Shown piece after piece: positions 44,910 through 58,505 of a stretch of DNA of 64,000 nt (positions are counted from its first letter, which is position 1; the number at the start of each line of letters is the position of its first letter). The stretch comes from the human T2T-CHM13v2.0 reference genome, Homo sapiens, in contig CP068257.2 in the NCBI GenBank assembly GCA_009914755.4, forward strand, positions 43,200,001 through 43,264,000, in the 5' to 3' direction. The notes beneath the pieces were generated by a model. The model made no database searches. It had not been told where the DNA came from and was given only the letters and a program-made list of their open reading frames with translations. The translations under genes and the position numbers were made by a program.

Positions 44910-45264
44910 CACAGTTACAATTTTAAAGTAGGGGACCTAAAGCAGATGCCACCCACATGTGCCCATTTGCAGGTCTGCAGTGGCCCTGGCAGTGTGGCCA
45001 GCTGTGTGACTTGCCCAGACAAACTAAGGGGTTTCCCAGGACAAAGGCCTTCCTGTGCTAGAACTGAGACGTTCACCAACTGCAACCACGGCCAGCAGCC
45101 TGCTTGTGTCCAGAGCTCTCAGGCAGGATCTGTGTGGAGCTTGGTGCTGAATTCTGCTCTGGGACCGTGAGCAGCTTTGGCACAGCCCAGGGCTGTTTCC
45201 ACACTTCCACTAAAGCAGTACTGGCTCCCTCCCCTCTGAGTACCCCAGTGGGAGGCAGAGGGGG

Positions 45265-46350
45265 CTCTGTAGACAGCCAGAGGGGAGGTGTAGACACAGT
45301 TGGAGGAGAGGTATAGACAGCTGGGGGGGAGATGTAGATAGCTGGAGGGAAGGAGTAGATGGCTGAAGGGAAGGCATAGACACAGCTGGAGGGGAAGTGT
45401 AGGCACAGCCAGAGGGGAGGTGTAGATGGCTAGAGGGGAGGTGTAGATGGCTGGAAGGGAGGTGTAGACGGCTGGAGAGGAGGTGTAGACAGCTGGAGGG
45501 GAGGTGTAGACTGCTGGAGGGGAGGTGTAGACTGCTGGAGGGGAGGTGTAGACTGCTGGAGGGGAGGTGTAGATGGCTGGAGAAGAGGTGTAGATGGCTG
45601 GAGGGGAGGTGTAGACTGCTGGAGGGGAGGTGTAGATGGCTGGATAAGAGGTGTAGATGGCTGGAAGGGAGGTGTAGACTGCTGGAGGGGAGGTGTAGAT
45701 GGCTGGAGAGGAGGTGTAGACGGTTGGAGGGGAGGTGTAGACTGCTGGAGGGGAGGTGTAGACTGCTGGAGGGGAGGTGTAGATGGCTGGAGAAGAGGTG
45801 TAGACGGCTGGAGGGGAGGTGTAGACTGCTGGAGGGGAGGTGCAGACGGCTGGAGAAGAGGTGTAGACGGCTGGAGGGGAGGTGTAGACTGCTGGAGGGG
45901 AGGTGCAGACGGCTGGAGAAGAGGTGTAGACGGCTGGAGGGGAGGTGTAGACTGCTGGAGGGGAGGTGTAGATGGCTGGAGAAGAGGTGTAGACGGCTGG
46001 AGGGGAGGTGTAGAATGCTGGAGGGGAGGTGCAGACGGCTGGAGAAGAGGTGTAGACAGCTGGAGGGGAGGTGTAGACTGCTGGAGGGGAGGTGTAGATG
46101 GCTGGAGAAGAGGTGTAGATGGCTGGAGGGGAGGTGTAGACTGCTGGAGGGGAGGTGTAGACGGCTGGAGAAGAGGTGTAGACGGCTGGAGGGGAGGTGT
46201 AGACTGCTGGAGGGGAGGTGTAGATGGCTGGAGGGGAGGTGTAGATGGCTGGAGGGGAGGTGTAGATGGCTGGAGGGGAGGTGTAGAGCTGGAGAGGAGG
46301 TGTAGATGGCTGGAGGGGAGGTGTAGATGGCTGGAGGGAGGGCAGACAGG
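45265..46350. repeat. 21-bp G-rich minisatellite, ~52 tandem copies (consensus GCTGGAGGGGAGGTGTAGAYK), ~1.1 kb
   Basis: Uninterrupted head-to-tail repeats read ggctggaggggaggtgtagactgctggaggggaggtgtagatg... Their stop-free frames produce the 439/403/323-aa artefact ORFs in the track. It lies about 300 bp beyond the ITGB2 poly(A) site. Confidence 0.95.
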
Positions 46351-46639
46351 TACCCGCTTTCCTGCTTTGCCTCTGCCCTGGCCAGGCTCCGCTGCAGGCA
46401 CCTCTTTGGTGGGGCCACCACCGTTTACGGAAATGCACCTAGGATTTGGGACAGGGCCTCAGAGCGGGGCTCTGTATAGACCAGCAGGTGAGGAAGGAAA
46501 AGGGAAAACAGAACCTGCCCCATGGTCTGAAGCCAGCTGTGTGCCTGTGTGGCAAAGGTCAGCGGGCAGGACAGGGCCCACGTGTGCCTGGCCACCTTGC
46601 CAGTCGGGGGAATACAGCGGACACAGTGCCCAGTTTCCA

Positions 46640-47048
46640 TGGACAGCCTGTATTGAAGTTTTATTTTTTTTCTATACAAGTGATTGATTAACAATATAAT
46701 TAATGGGATGTCATTTTATACCCTGACAAGTTTAAATGTAAATAAATTGGCACCACCTTTAATCAGACTGATGTCCTGACTTGCACAGGAAACACGCACC
46801 TAACCTCACCAACCTCAAGCCCTCCCTCCTCAAGTCTCCATGCAAAGACTGTGCCAGTCAGAGTGGAGCTGTCCCCCCGACGAGCCCCCAGAAGCACCCG
46901 GCCGGCCATGGCTGTCATTTTGAGGGCGGAAAATAACTGGATTTCTGGTTAATTGGTGACATCCTCAAGAGCTGTGGCAAGCCATGTCTCGGCCGCGTGA
47001 TGGGGCAGACATGGTGGGTCCTGACGGCCTTGTCTTCACCAAGTGCTC
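46640..47048 (-). other. ITGB2: ITGB2 3'UTR (~0.4 kb)
   Basis: It is continuous with the terminal coding exon. It ends about 20 nt after an AATAAA (plus-strand tttatt at 46660-46665). Confidence 0.6.
46660..46665 (-). other. ITGB2: Polyadenylation signal AATAAA for ITGB2
   Basis: Plus strand reads tttatt, about 385 nt downstream of the stop on the gene strand. A T-rich (U-rich) downstream element follows. Confidence 0.55.
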
Positions 47049-47626
<578 letters not shown>

Positions 47627-48182
47627 TCACTGAGCCGTGTGCCCACAGGTCCGAGGTCACCCCACAACACAGCACTTAGAGAGACGGAGGTTCCCAGGGC
47701 CCCGGCTCACCATCCATCACCATGGCCAGGGGTCAGTGAGAACCTGGCCCAGCCCCTGCTGGATTCCAGGCCAGGCCCTGTGGTTCCAAATGAAACCTAA
47801 GGGCCATTGCCACCACCCCTGCTGACAGAGAAGAAGGCAGGGCCAGGGTACCGGGCAGCCAGGACAGAGTGCTAATACTGGGGGGTAGGACACAGTGCGA
47901 GGGACCCCGCTCTCCTACAGCAGAGTTCAGAACCAGGCTCAGGGTCCCTGCTGGAGTTCACTCCCCATACTGTGAAAGTGATTTGTGGTCGTCAAGGACA
48001 AGACCAGAGACCAGAGCTCAGCAGGTGAGGCCGGTGCCAGGATGAGCAACGCAAGGTCCTGGTTCCCACGGCAGCTGTGCCCACCTCCTGAGCATGGGGA
48101 CTGTGGGCCATAGTGGGCCAGGCCCACAGCTGCTGACCCTGGGACAGACACTAGCGTTCAGTGCAGTCCCTGGCCTGGTCTG

Positions 48183-48340
48183 GCATCCTCACTCCCTGTA
48201 CCCCTCCTGCCATCCTGACCTGCACCCTCACTCCCTGTGGTTGCTCCTGCCATCCTGATCCGCACCCTCACTCCCTGTGCCCCCTCCTGCCATCCTGACC
48301 TGCACTCTCACTCCCCGTGCCCCCTCCTGCCATCCTGCCT
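48183..48340. repeat. ~40-bp tandem repeat x4 in ITGB2 intron
   Basis: The unit catcctgacctgcaccctcactccctgtgcccctcctgc repeats four times. Confidence 0.85.
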
Positions 48341-48704
48341 TTCCTGGGGGACCTGCCTTCCTTCACCTGTCCTCAAAGGTGAAGTGACTTGGCCAGGATT
48401 GCACAAACCAGACGTGACCCAAGTCTGTCCCTCAAAGTGGCCCGCAGGGGTTCCTGCCCTGGCAGGTGGGGGTCTGCAGCCCCAGGCCCACATGTGGGTT
48501 GTGAGCTCCAGGCGTGTCACCTACAGGCTCAGAGACCCCCGCCGCCTGCCTCGGGTCCCTTCCTGGTGAGGGAGGAGCTCCCAGGTCTCAGTTCTGCAAG
48601 AGTCCTGGCCGGCTGCTGGCCATGCCTGATGGAGTCCGCCAGCGGCCCCCCAGCCCCAGCCCCTCTGCCTCTCAGGAGCCTGTGGAACATGAGACCTGAA
48701 GAAG

Positions 48705-48895
48705 CAGGGCCAGTGTCACCAAGGTCACCGTGGGGCTGGGCCTGGTTCCAACTGGAGCTGAATGAGACAGGGTCAGTGCCACCAAGGTCACTGTGGGGCT
48801 GGGACTGGTTCCGACTGGAGCCGAATGAGACAGGGTCAGTGCCACCAAGGTCACTGTGGGGCTGGGACTGGTTCCGACTGGACTGGAGCCGAACG
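48705..48895. repeat. ~62-bp tandem repeat x3 in ITGB2 intron
   Basis: The unit gaatgagacagggtcagtgccaccaaggtcactgtggggctgggactggttccgactggagcc repeats three times. Confidence 0.85.
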
Positions 48896-49161
48896 AGTGA
48901 TGGGGACGGTGGTGCCTGGTGGCCCTGGGCCCCTCCAGGGCTGAGAGCCGAGCACCAGGATCTCCCAATCCCCTCAAGGGAGCCTCACGCAGCAACCTGA
49001 CCGCGGGCCACCCCTGGGGACCTGCAACTGCAAGCCTTGCCCCATGAGGCATCCAGCGGGAGATGGCCCGGGCCGTGTGGCATGCTGGTGGGCCTGCCCG
49101 GTGTGGAGCAGTGGTGCCCCCAGGGAGCAGGCCGTCTGCTGCCCAGCTTGATGTGGGGTCA

Positions 49162-49866
<705 letters not shown>

Positions 49867-49955
49867 TCACTGGGGTCCCCGAGTGAGCCCGGCTGCTGGG
49901 TAGGTGGCCGGGGAGTGGGGATCCCTGCCCGCCCTGCCTGCTCCGCCTGCACTCA

Positions 49956-50456
<501 letters not shown>

Positions 50457-50658
50457 TCATGGACACAGAAACTGAGGCAGGGCGGGGTGCAGGGCCATCC
50501 AAGTTCCTGCTGACGCCCGGTGGCTGGGCGAGACTTGCACTGTCTGTCCTCAGGATCCCCCCTTTCTGTTCCACTCGTTGAATGGTCCAGAACGCACCCC
50601 CCAACACCAAGTCTGTGCCGCAGGACGGCCGTTGTCCAGCAGGGACCCACGGGCTCAC

Positions 50659-50903
50659 CCGGGCCGCCGCAGACCTGGCCGTTGTAGCGCTCACAGTTGA
50701 TGGTGTCACACTCGCAGTACTGCCCGTATATCAGCTTGCCGGGGACGTCGCTGGTGTGGCACAGGCACTGCCCGCAGACACAGTCCCCCAGCCCTGAGCA
50801 GATGATGGAGTTGTTGTCCTTCCGGCAGCTTCCTTCCAGCTCCTGGCTGCTCCGGCCCTGTGTCTGGCACTCACAGTTTTTCCCAATGTAGCCAGTGTCA
50901 CAC
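50659..50903 (-). CDS. ITGB2: ITGB2 coding exon (245 nt): [83 protein letters not shown] (I-EGF domains)
   Basis: ORF track 50198..51016(-). Acceptor is ccccag|GTGTGACACT and donor is CCCGG|gtgagccc. Cysteine spacing is typical of integrin-beta EGF repeats. Confidence 0.92.
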
Positions 50904-52489
50904 CTGGGGACAGGAGGGGCCCCAAGGTCAGGCTCCCCCCAGTGATGTGGGACAAGGGACAGCCGCCCTGTCCTCCAGGCCCCTTGCCCTTGGTGGAGAA
51001 CACCCCTATGGCACATTTTGCTTTCCTCGAGGCCTACTGAGCACTTGCCACGGACTAAATGTGCTCAAAACGTGCAGGGGCCCCGCGTTCCCTCCCCAGG
51101 ATGTCCCGAGGGGAAAGCAGACACCTGGCCTTGGCCTGCGCATGCAGTGGCTCGGCAGGCTCACTGTGGAGCTGTGTTGCAGCCATGCACATGGCCTGTG
51201 CTGCGATACCGGTGCTCTGTGAGTGGCTGGTGTCTGCTCCTGCGTGCCCCACATGGTGGCCAGTGGGGACTCGGCACTGCCTCCTGCCACAGCCCCGCCC
51301 TCCCTCCTGCGTTCGTGCACTGACAGGCCAGGTTGTGGGAGAATGCAGGGACAAGGGGTTTTTACAGATGTGGAAGCTGGCATCAAGCCGCTGGCAGGCA
51401 GGAGCCACACACACCCTGAGGCATCCTCAGAGACGGCACTGCCACGGGCTCTCCTGCTCCCCAGAGGAGGAAGCTGCAGGACCGAGTGTCTGAGTACCTG
51501 TGGCAGGGCACCCCCCGACACCTGCCAAGTGTTCCGACTGAGTCACCCCTACAGTCCCGTGAAGAGGCCGCCCCAGGGCTGCACACCCAGGACAGTGGGC
51601 GGGGTGGCCACTGAGGCACGAGGACAGCAACAGAGACCACCAAGACCACAGAGACCATCATTGTCCTGAGATATGGGAGGAGGCTGGGGGCAGCAGGGAC
51701 CTGAAGGTGAGGAAGGGCACTGCCACCAGGACGTGGATTGGCACTGCGGTCAGGACAGGGGAGGAGGTGACCAGAGCAAAGGGGGCAGAGTCCTGGGAGG
51801 TCAGCCTAGCAGCTCTGGCCAGGCAAGCAAGGAAAGGGGGACAGCCATCCAGCCCCCGGGCAGGCCGCCTGGCTGAGTGCCATGTGAACCTCCCCACTGG
51901 GTCCACCTGTCCCCCACTTCTCCCTGAGGTGGGGTGCCCACGCCTGGCAGGGGGTGTGCACGCCCAAGAGGTGGCCTATGGGGCCCAGGCTCCCAGAAGC
52001 CATCACCTGTCCCAGGAGGCTCTCTAGCCGCCCATGCCCCAGGGCTGCCAGCCTGATGGCCTTGGGTCCCCAAGGTCAGAGAGAAGCCAGCTCCTAGGGT
52101 CAAGGAAGGTCGGGCAGAGAAAGTGACCCACTCAAGGCCATGGGCACGCCCAGCGGGGACTCCTTGTGCCCCTGAGATGGGCCTCCATCCTCTGGTGAGG
52201 GGGTCCTCCTGCCCACAAGTCCCCTGCCTTGGGTCCTCCATGGCCAGAGAGTGTAGAGTACAGGCTGGCATTGCTGGTGCCCTGGCTCAGGAGCACGGGT
52301 GAGGGCTTGCCGAGGGGTTCTGGGTTCCAATCCCAAATCTCCCCACCTCCTGCAGAAGGGGGCCCCCAGGATGCCTGCTCCGTGGGGTGGGGGAAGGGAT
52401 GGAGCCACCTGCACCCACCTCACCTGCCGACACCTGCCCTGTGGGGTGGGGCTCGGGGATGGTTCAACAGGGACCTGCGCCCGCCTCAC

Positions 52490-52677
52490 CTGCAGATGCC
52501 GCACTCCAAGAAGCCCTTGCCATGGCAGAGGCTGCGGTCTCTGCTCTGGTCCCGGCACCGGCACTCACACTGGGGAAGGACCTGCACGGTCACTATGTCC
52601 GTGAAGCCCAGCGCCCGGATGACAAACGACTGCTCCTGGATGCACTCTGTGGCCGTGACCTTCACCTGGAAGGTGAT
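52490..52677 (-). CDS. ITGB2: ITGB2 coding exon (188 nt): [63 protein letters not shown] (hybrid domain into I-EGF1)
   Basis: Acceptor is ccctgcag|ATCACCTTC and donor is ATCTGCAG|gtgaggcgg. It is 62 codons plus 2 nt, which fits the phase-2 start of the next exon. Confidence 0.92.
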
Positions 52678-52994
52678 CTGCAGGGCAGTGCTGGGCTCAG
52701 GTGGGGACCCTCGGTGGCCAGGGTGGCAGCCCAGCTCCCAACCCTCACCTCCTGGCCTCTGCAGGGGTCCTGGGGGGTTCAGCGTGGGGAGGAAGGGGTG
52801 ACCAGGAGCAGGAAGAGCTGATGCTCAGATCCGAGAGCCAAAGTCAGCCGGCAAGGAGGTGCTCTGCCCGCACTCCCGCACTGGCCGGCACCAGGATCTC
52901 CCCGGCCACACATCAGCAGAGACATGTGACACGCAGACAGCAAATCAGGAGAAGCTGAGCACACTCCCACTCAGACCACCCAACATGAGGGAAA

Positions 52995-53306
52995 CGTTCT
53001 GGTGAGAATCCATGGGACAGCTGGGCGCCGCGGCTCACGCCTGTAATCCCAGCACTGTGGGAGGCCGAGGCGGGTAGATCATCTGAGGGCAAGAGTTTGA
53101 GACCAGCCTGGCCAACATGGCGAAACTCTGTCACTACTAAAAATACAAAAATTAGCCGAGCGTGGTGGCACACGCCTGTAGTCCCAGCTACTCAGGAGGC
53201 TGAGTCAGGAGAATCACTTGGATTGTAGTGAGCCAAGATCGCACCAGTGCACTCCAGCCTGGGCGACAGAGCGAAACTCCATCTCAAAAAAAAAAAAAAA
53301 AAAAAA
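52995..53306 (+). mobile_element. Alu element with long poly-A (ITGB2 intron)
   Basis: The element runs ctgggcgccgcggctcacgcctgtaatcccagcactgtgggaggccgaggcgg... Confidence 0.85.
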
Positions 53307-53929
53307 ATCCACAGGCAACATTTACCAAGAAACATGTTTGAAGGAATTCCAAAGTCATATTAAGAAAATGCAATGAAAGCAAGTGTCTTGCTGAATATTA
53401 TTTCACAGCTAGCAAAAAAAAAAACAAAAAACAAAAAACAAAAAAAAACAACAAATGATTGGATAATAAACTTAAACCTGAAAGATTAGAGAAGGAACTC
53501 AGTGTCCATTCCTAACCACCTGTGTGGCCCATGCCTTAATGTTTCTGTCAAAAAAACAGAATGAAACACGCAGAAAATCATGACAACTAACCCTACCCAG
53601 GTTTGCCGTTTGCGCCTGTTCTGTGTGTCCGGCGTCTGCCCCCAGGGGGCGCAGCCATCACTCCATCCCTCAGTCTGCAGTGGCCTGACCCAGGGATTTG
53701 GGGCTCCAGGTTGATGAGTAGGACTCTTGGGGGCCAAGGCGTGTGTGAAGAACCCTCCCAGCACCCTCTCACTGAGAAGCACCCTCTCGGCACCCTCTCA
53801 CTGACGTTCCTGACATCAGCTTCACAAGGAAAGCGTCTGGCCTCGGCAGAGAGGATGTGAAGGAAAGAAACAGGGTCCTTCCAGTGGATGCTGCCTGCTC
53901 CCAGATAGCCTCTGATGCCTGTGTGCCCC

Positions 53930-54070
53930 TCCCTGCCCCCGTCAGAGTGCTGGGATGGGGACCCTGGCTCCTTCTGGCTGTCCCCAGGACCCCTCAGTGT
54001 GCTGGGATGGGGACCCTGGCTCCTTCTGGCTGTCCCCAGAGCCCCTCAGCAAGCTGGGATGGGGACCCTT
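53930..54070. repeat. ~58-bp tandem repeat x2.3 lying just 3' of an ITGB2 exon donor site
   Basis: The unit cccctcagtgtgctgggatggggaccctggctccttctggctgtccccagga repeats 2.3 times and ends 15 bp from the exon at 54085. Confidence 0.85.
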
Positions 54071-54084
54071 GTGGCCAGGCTCAC

Positions 54085-54225
54085 CGGGACATTGATCTGC
54101 ACGCCATCACAGTCACCTCTGGGCTGGTTCCTGTGCGTCACTCCATTGCTGCAGAAGGAGTCGTAGGTGACTTTCAGGGTGTCGGGGAGGGCGTTGTGAT
54201 CCAGGAATACCCTGGAGGAGAGTTT
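54085..54225 (-). CDS. ITGB2: ITGB2 coding exon (141 nt): [47 protein letters not shown] (hybrid domain)
   Basis: Reverse translation shows acceptor ctctgcccgcag|AAACTCTCC and donor GTCCCG|gtgagcctgg. There are 47 codons in phase 0. Confidence 0.92.
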
Positions 54226-54539
54226 CTGCGGGCAGAGAGCGGTTACTCTTGGGGGCGAGTGTTTCTGTTGTCCTGGCCCTGCCTGGCCCAGCGGTTTAGA
54301 CCCGTCTCCACTTCTCCTCTCAGTGCAAGTCCCCAGTGTCAGCTAATGACACAGAGGAGAGCACAGCAGGATGTGCTGAGGATGGCAGGGCTGCCAGGGC
54401 CACAGTCCTGCCCTCGAGACAGCCTGACCACAGGGACTAGCATGGAGCCAGGGTGTGAGCCTCAGGGGTGGGAGCTTCTGCTGCTCCTCAGCCTTGAGTC
54501 CCCAGGACCTAGCACAGGGCAGGAGCTGCATAAATTGTT

Positions 54540-54765
54540 CAAGCGATAAGAGAGATGGGGAGAAACAGAGAGAGGCAGAGACAGACAGAGATGGGCAGAG
54601 CCAGAGCCAGAGACAGAGAGATGGAGAGAAACAGAGAGAGGCAGAGACAGAGACAGACAGAGATGGGGCAGAGACAGAGAGAGACAGACAGAGAGAGACA
54701 GAGAAAGAGAGACAAAGACTGAGAGACAGACGGAAATTGAGAGGAGGCAGAGGGACAGGTTCATA
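54540..54765. repeat. Purine-rich (GA/CAGA/GAGAGACAGAGA)n low-complexity tract, ~220 bp (polypyrimidine on the ITGB2 sense strand)
   Basis: The sequence reads gagagatggggagaaacagagagaggcagagacagacagagatgggcagagccagagccagagacagagag... and is almost purely A/G on the plus strand. Confidence 0.85.
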
Positions 54766-55444
54766 GGGGCATCGGGTGAATGGCCAGGGCAGTGGCGTCA
54801 CCTGCATCCTCTGTGTAAGGACAGAAACACCTCGGGCAGTGGCTGGCACCCAGGAGGGTCTGCTCTGGGGGTTTGGGGCTCACGGGAGGCTACGAGAAGC
54901 AAATGGCACCTCCTCCACGGGCCTTCAGTTTAATTCAATGACCCAACGTTTGTCGGAGGCGCTAACGTGCTGAGCTCCCTCAAGCCAGCAGGACCTTTGG
55001 CCTAGAAGGATCCAGGCCAGAATTCTGAGAACATCTCTCACCTGGGGGTAGATTTCCAGAGCAGTCGGGACCTCTGGTGCCTGGGGCCCTGAATGGCACC
55101 TAGTGCGCACCTATGCCTACCTATGCCCACCAGGGCCATGGGCTCCCCAGGGGAGCAGCCCAGGGTGCAGCTCGATGGGCCGTGCACCAGGGAGAAATTC
55201 AGGGGGTAAGGGCTTCTCTGGAGCTTGCCCAGGACAGGTGAACAGAGCAAGAGGAATTCCACCCCCCAGGGTGTCTTCCCAGGGCCCAAGTCCACTGTGG
55301 GGGTTTCCTGTGGCCTCCTCCTGCCCCAGCTGCACTGTTTGCCACCAGACCTGTCCACCTCCCTTCTCCATAGAGACCCGCAGAGAAGAGTCTGGAATGA
55401 AGAGTCCGGAGCTCAGGTTTCAGGGAGCATCGCCCACAACATCA

Positions 55445-55852
<408 letters not shown>

Positions 55853-55939
55853 TCAATGCAGTTTTGCACTTGGTCCCCAGAGTGTGTGGTCAGTGATGTG
55901 TGGTAAGAGGTTCTTGGGGGTAAAAAGCCCTGAGCTGCC

Positions 55940-56620
<681 letters not shown>

Positions 56621-56674
56621 TCATGAGGATAAGAAAAGAAAGCAAAGCCCTGAGCTGCAGCATTGTCCAGGCCT

Positions 56675-56845
56675 GCCTGTGTGAGTCCTCCTGCCTGCGG
56701 TGTGAGTGATCCCGCCTGCGGTGTGAGTGCTCCCGCCTGCGGTGTGAGTGATCCCGCCTGCAGTGTGAGTGATCCTGCCTGCGGTGTGACTGCTCCCGCC
56801 TGTGGTGTGAGTACTCCTGCCTGTGGTGTGAGTGATCCTGCCTGG
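56675..56845. repeat. 21-bp tandem repeat x~8 (TGTGAGTGATCCCGCCTGCGG) in ITGB2 intron
   Basis: Head-to-tail copies with single-base variants (gtgagtgat / gtgagtgct / gtgactgct). Confidence 0.9.
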
Positions 56846-58374
56846 TGGATTTCAAGCTCGCAATATCACTGGGTTGGGAGGACGTGCATGGTGGCCAGTG
56901 TTGGCCAGAATTTCCACCACACAGGTAGGGAATTCCTACCACCACACAGATGGTAGGCGGAAGTAGCCCCACGAGGGTGGATCACAGTAAAATCACCAGG
57001 AAGCCATCGGCTCTTGGCACTCTACTGAGTTTCCATGGGTGTTAAACAGCCCGGTGACATCGGTTCTGGCCGGCCAGATGCACAGGGGCGCAGCCAGCCT
57101 CCCCCATGTTCACACATGCTCAGCTTCTTTCATGGAAGATTGCGGCATCATTTCACCTTCCAGGAACACGGAGCAGATGGTCGGGTCACCTCCCCGCCCA
57201 AACCCTCCCATGACTGCCCTGCATGGGCCCAGTCCCTTCCATGGAGCTCCTGGGGCCGGTCACAGCCTGGCCACCACCCTCCTCTGCGCCCTCCGCCCAC
57301 CGCCCACTTCCATCCGTCCCAGTCTGGGGCCATCCCTGTCTTGGGAGAGCTGGGCCCTCCCACATCCTGTCCTGCTGAGCCTGCTGTGCGCTTGGTGCAG
57401 AAACACACTCAGAGGGGGCGTGGCACGTGTGTCCACACTCGCTGCCTGTTGCCTTGACCACCCCCGAAGGTGACCAGGAAAGGCTGAGGAAGGCTTGTGT
57501 GCCCCAAGGCTCAGCAGTAGGCATGGGGTGCACTCTACCTGCCTCCAGTGCCTGGCCCTGGTGCCACACCATCGCCTGGAGTCTGGCTGCCATGACAAAT
57601 GGCAAAGGATTGGGACCTGCTACTGCTGGTGAGGAGGGGACCGTCATGGCCACCTACAGATGGGACACAGGGCTGTGACATCCTGACCAGCAGGTGGTCT
57701 CTGTGGATGTCCGGCCCCAGCCCTGCCCTGCGCTGACCCACTGTCCCGGCAGCCTGACCAGCTCTGGGTGCCCACTCGGAGGGTCCCCCAGACACCTGCC
57801 CCCATCCCGTGTCTCCCGCAGGGTCCTGCTCCCACTCCAGAGCCCGGGGAACCTATGGCAGGAACCGCTGGTCTCGCTGTCGGCCCCAACACACCACGAG
57901 GTTGAGCTTGTAGCTGGGATACGGGCCTGACAATGGATCCCTGTAGTTCAGCAAATGTTCACTTTACAAAAGCAGCGGCCCTCCCGGGCACTTTCCTTCC
58001 CCAAACCCCGAGTATGTCTCCTCAGCCTAAGCAGCAGGGCAGGGGCTGTGAGGCTGCCCAGCTGGGCAGAGCCCCAGGCAGGGGGAAGAGGGGGCCCTGG
58101 TTTCCTGCGTGCCATTTTGAAGAAGATGGCGGTGATGGCCCTGGAATGGCCAGCAGGTCGGTCACTGTCCGGATGAGGATAATCGGGCCCTTTAGGGCGG
58201 CTGCTCTGTGAATTCCCTGAGTGGGTGAGCTCAGTACCCACGACGCACTGCCCGCCGGGCACCACTACCCCTTTCACAGATGAGGAAACTGAGGGCTCGG
58301 GGTAAGGAAGGGCCTGGGGCGTCCTGTGGTAAGTAACAGAGCTGGGTGTGAGGTGAGCCACCCAGGGCCCTGTC

Positions 58375-58505
58375 CACCCTGAAGAACGGGGCACGTGGCT
58401 GTGTAAAGTACAATGACAACTATCTCGTTCCTCCAGCTCCACCCTGAAGAACGGGGCACGTGGCTGTGTAAAGTACAATGACAACCACCTCCTTCCTCCA
58501 GCTCA
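58375..58505. repeat. ~62-bp direct repeat x2 in ITGB2 intron
   Basis: accctgaagaacggggcacgtggctgtgtaaagtacaatgacaac...ttcctccagctc occurs twice. Confidence 0.85.

Noticed and set aside
45265-46350. Regular repeat array as a possible CRISPR locus or other prokaryotic defence element
   Set aside because: The repeats are directly adjacent with no unique spacers. The sequence context (Alus, spliced human genes) is unambiguously human. No cas-like or defence-like ORFs exist.
45119-46438. 439-, 403- and 323-aa minus-strand ORFs and a 193-aa plus ORF
   Set aside because: All are stop-free readings of the 21-bp minisatellite (SPPA(I/V)YT, LHLPSS, PPLQPST and GRCRLLE repeats). They are not genes.
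53857-54549. 230-aa plus-strand ORF
   Set aside because: It runs antisense across the 58-bp tandem repeat and the ITGB2 exon at 54085-54225. It is a repeat/GC artefact.
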